Below are positions 63,118-64,000 of a stretch of 64,000 bases of DNA, in pieces. The position numbers and the translations under genes are program-made. The notes under the pieces are model-generated. The model did no database searches. It was not told where the DNA came from and saw only the letters and a list, made by a program, of their open reading frames with translations. The DNA lies in contig OZ316895.1 of assembly GCA_973895155.1 (NCBI GenBank), positions 11,699,819 to 11,763,818 on the forward strand, written 5' to 3'. Each line of letters begins with the position of its first letter. The stretch's first letter is position 1. This stretch comes from Marsupella aquatica. Taxonomy: Eukaryota > Plantae > Marchantiophyta.

Positions 63118-63798
63118 ATGGCACGGCCTAAAATTCAAGCCAAAAAGCGTGTGACAGAGGTGAGAAACACAGGTGTACTTGGGGCAGATGCTACTAACTT
63201 CTCTGCAAGTCAGATTTTCCAGAAGGCAGCTCATTGTTGTGCCATTTGTGACGATGGTGGGGGCCTGGTCATTTGTGAGGGCCCTTGCATGAGGCATTTC
63301 CACCTCAACCCGGAGTCTGACCTTGCTGCAGAAAACAACTGTCCAGGGGTGGGCCTCCCGTCAACACACCAGGGAGACTGGATGTGCACTGATTGTTTGG
63401 AGAAGCAGGCTAAGTGTGCACAGTGTGGGAAGTTGGGGTCCTATGAGGGCTCTGTTGATGCTGCAGCAAATGTTAGGAAATGTCCAGACCGTTTTTGTGT
63501 GAGATTTTTCTGTTTTGAGTGTTTGCCTGCTCATGCCACAGCTTGCCCACTTCATAGGTGCAAGGCATGTGGTGAGCATGATGATGACTACTGGACTGAC
63601 ATAGTCCACTGTGCTAGGTGTCCCACTATGTGGCACTATCATTGCCTGAAAGATCATCAAGCAGAGGGTTATGCTTGTGACAGAGAAATCTATGATCACT
63701 CTGCACATGGTGTTGATCGATGGATATTTTATTGTCATCGCCATGCCATTGATCCTACCTCGCGCACTCCTGTGAGAGATCACATATCTTGGCTGTGA
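63118..63798 (+). CDS. Stand-alone EDM2-type PHD-finger cluster protein (226 aa, intronless)
   Basis: CAICDDGGGLVICEGPCMRHFH..C..WMCTDC; CAQCGKLGS..C....C.RFFCFEC..CPLH; RCKAC..IVHCARCPTMWHYHCL..IFYCHRHAIDPTSRTPVRDHISW. This follows the tandem atypical PHD fingers and the YC..H.ID....TP.RDHI motif of plant EDM2. Confidence 0.8.
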   Translation: MARPKIQAKKRVTEVRNTGVLGADATNFSASQIFQKAAHCCAICDDGGGLVICEGPCMRHFHLNPESDLAAENNCPGVGLPSTHQGDWMCTDCLEKQAKCAQCGKLGSYEGSVDAAANVRKCPDRFCVRFFCFECLPAHATACPLHRCKACGEHDDDYWTDIVHCARCPTMWHYHCLKDHQAEGYACDREIYDHSAHGVDRWIFYCHRHAIDPTSRTPVRDHISWL

Positions 63799-63894
63799 AG
63801 CTGAACATTGTACATGCACAGTGCACCTGATGTGGATGTACTATTTTTTGAGATTGCAGAGATTCCAATTTTGAAAAGGAGTTGGGTAGGCGAG

Positions 63895-63904
63895 TTTATA
63901 TAGG
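63895..63904 (-). promoter_or_regulatory. Candidate TATA box oriented antisense to the PHD ORF
   Basis: Minus strand reads GCTGCCTATATAAACTCGCC, ~100 bp beyond the ORF stop. Confidence 0.3.
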
Positions 63905-64000
63905 CAGCACTTATCTTGTGCTCTGGCGTCAGTGGCTGGGTACATGCCTATACAAACTTATCCTTACAAGCCTTCTTGGAAGTATTTAGGCTGAGTGGTC

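Noticed and set aside
960-63798. Co-location of homologues of two Arabidopsis NLR-gene regulators (MOS1 and EDM2-like) plus a transportin as an immune cluster
   Set aside because: They are >50 kb apart with unrelated genes between. TRN1 is not the transportin-SR MOS14, and there is no NLR gene in the window. Probably coincidence.

Overview
Eukaryotic, intron-rich nuclear DNA from a land plant. A bryophyte-like non-seed plant is inferred from gene structure and repeat types but not proven. Four apparently intact genes: a MOS1/BAT2-N (PRRC2-like) gene on the minus strand (7 coding exons, ~960-9270), transportin-1 (TRN1) on the plus strand (many exons, 22959-32312), a DUF266/Core-2-I-branching GT14-like glycosyltransferase (37988-40872), and an intronless S1 + zinc-knuckle ZCCHC17/pNO40-like RNA-binding protein (43297-45330). 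There is also a frameshifted CYP71-clan P450 pseudogene, a GT8 fragment and an isolated, frameshifted last exon of ribosomal protein L18a. Intergenic DNA is rich in transposon relics: a PIF/Harbinger derivative with a nested solo LTR, a foldback element with a second solo LTR and perfect internal hairpins, an L1 ORF2 remnant, a short poly(A) retro-insertion, and tandem arrays of Harbinger-like ends. The most unusual part is the last ~8 kb. It holds an intact, intronless ORF consisting only of an EDM2-type PHD-finger cluster, a second small PHD-like Cys/His ORF just upstream, and the orphan RPL18a exon. This suggests a gene-fragment-carrying element encoding stand-alone chromatin readers (hypothesis). 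All assignments come from motifs recognised by eye; no searches were run.
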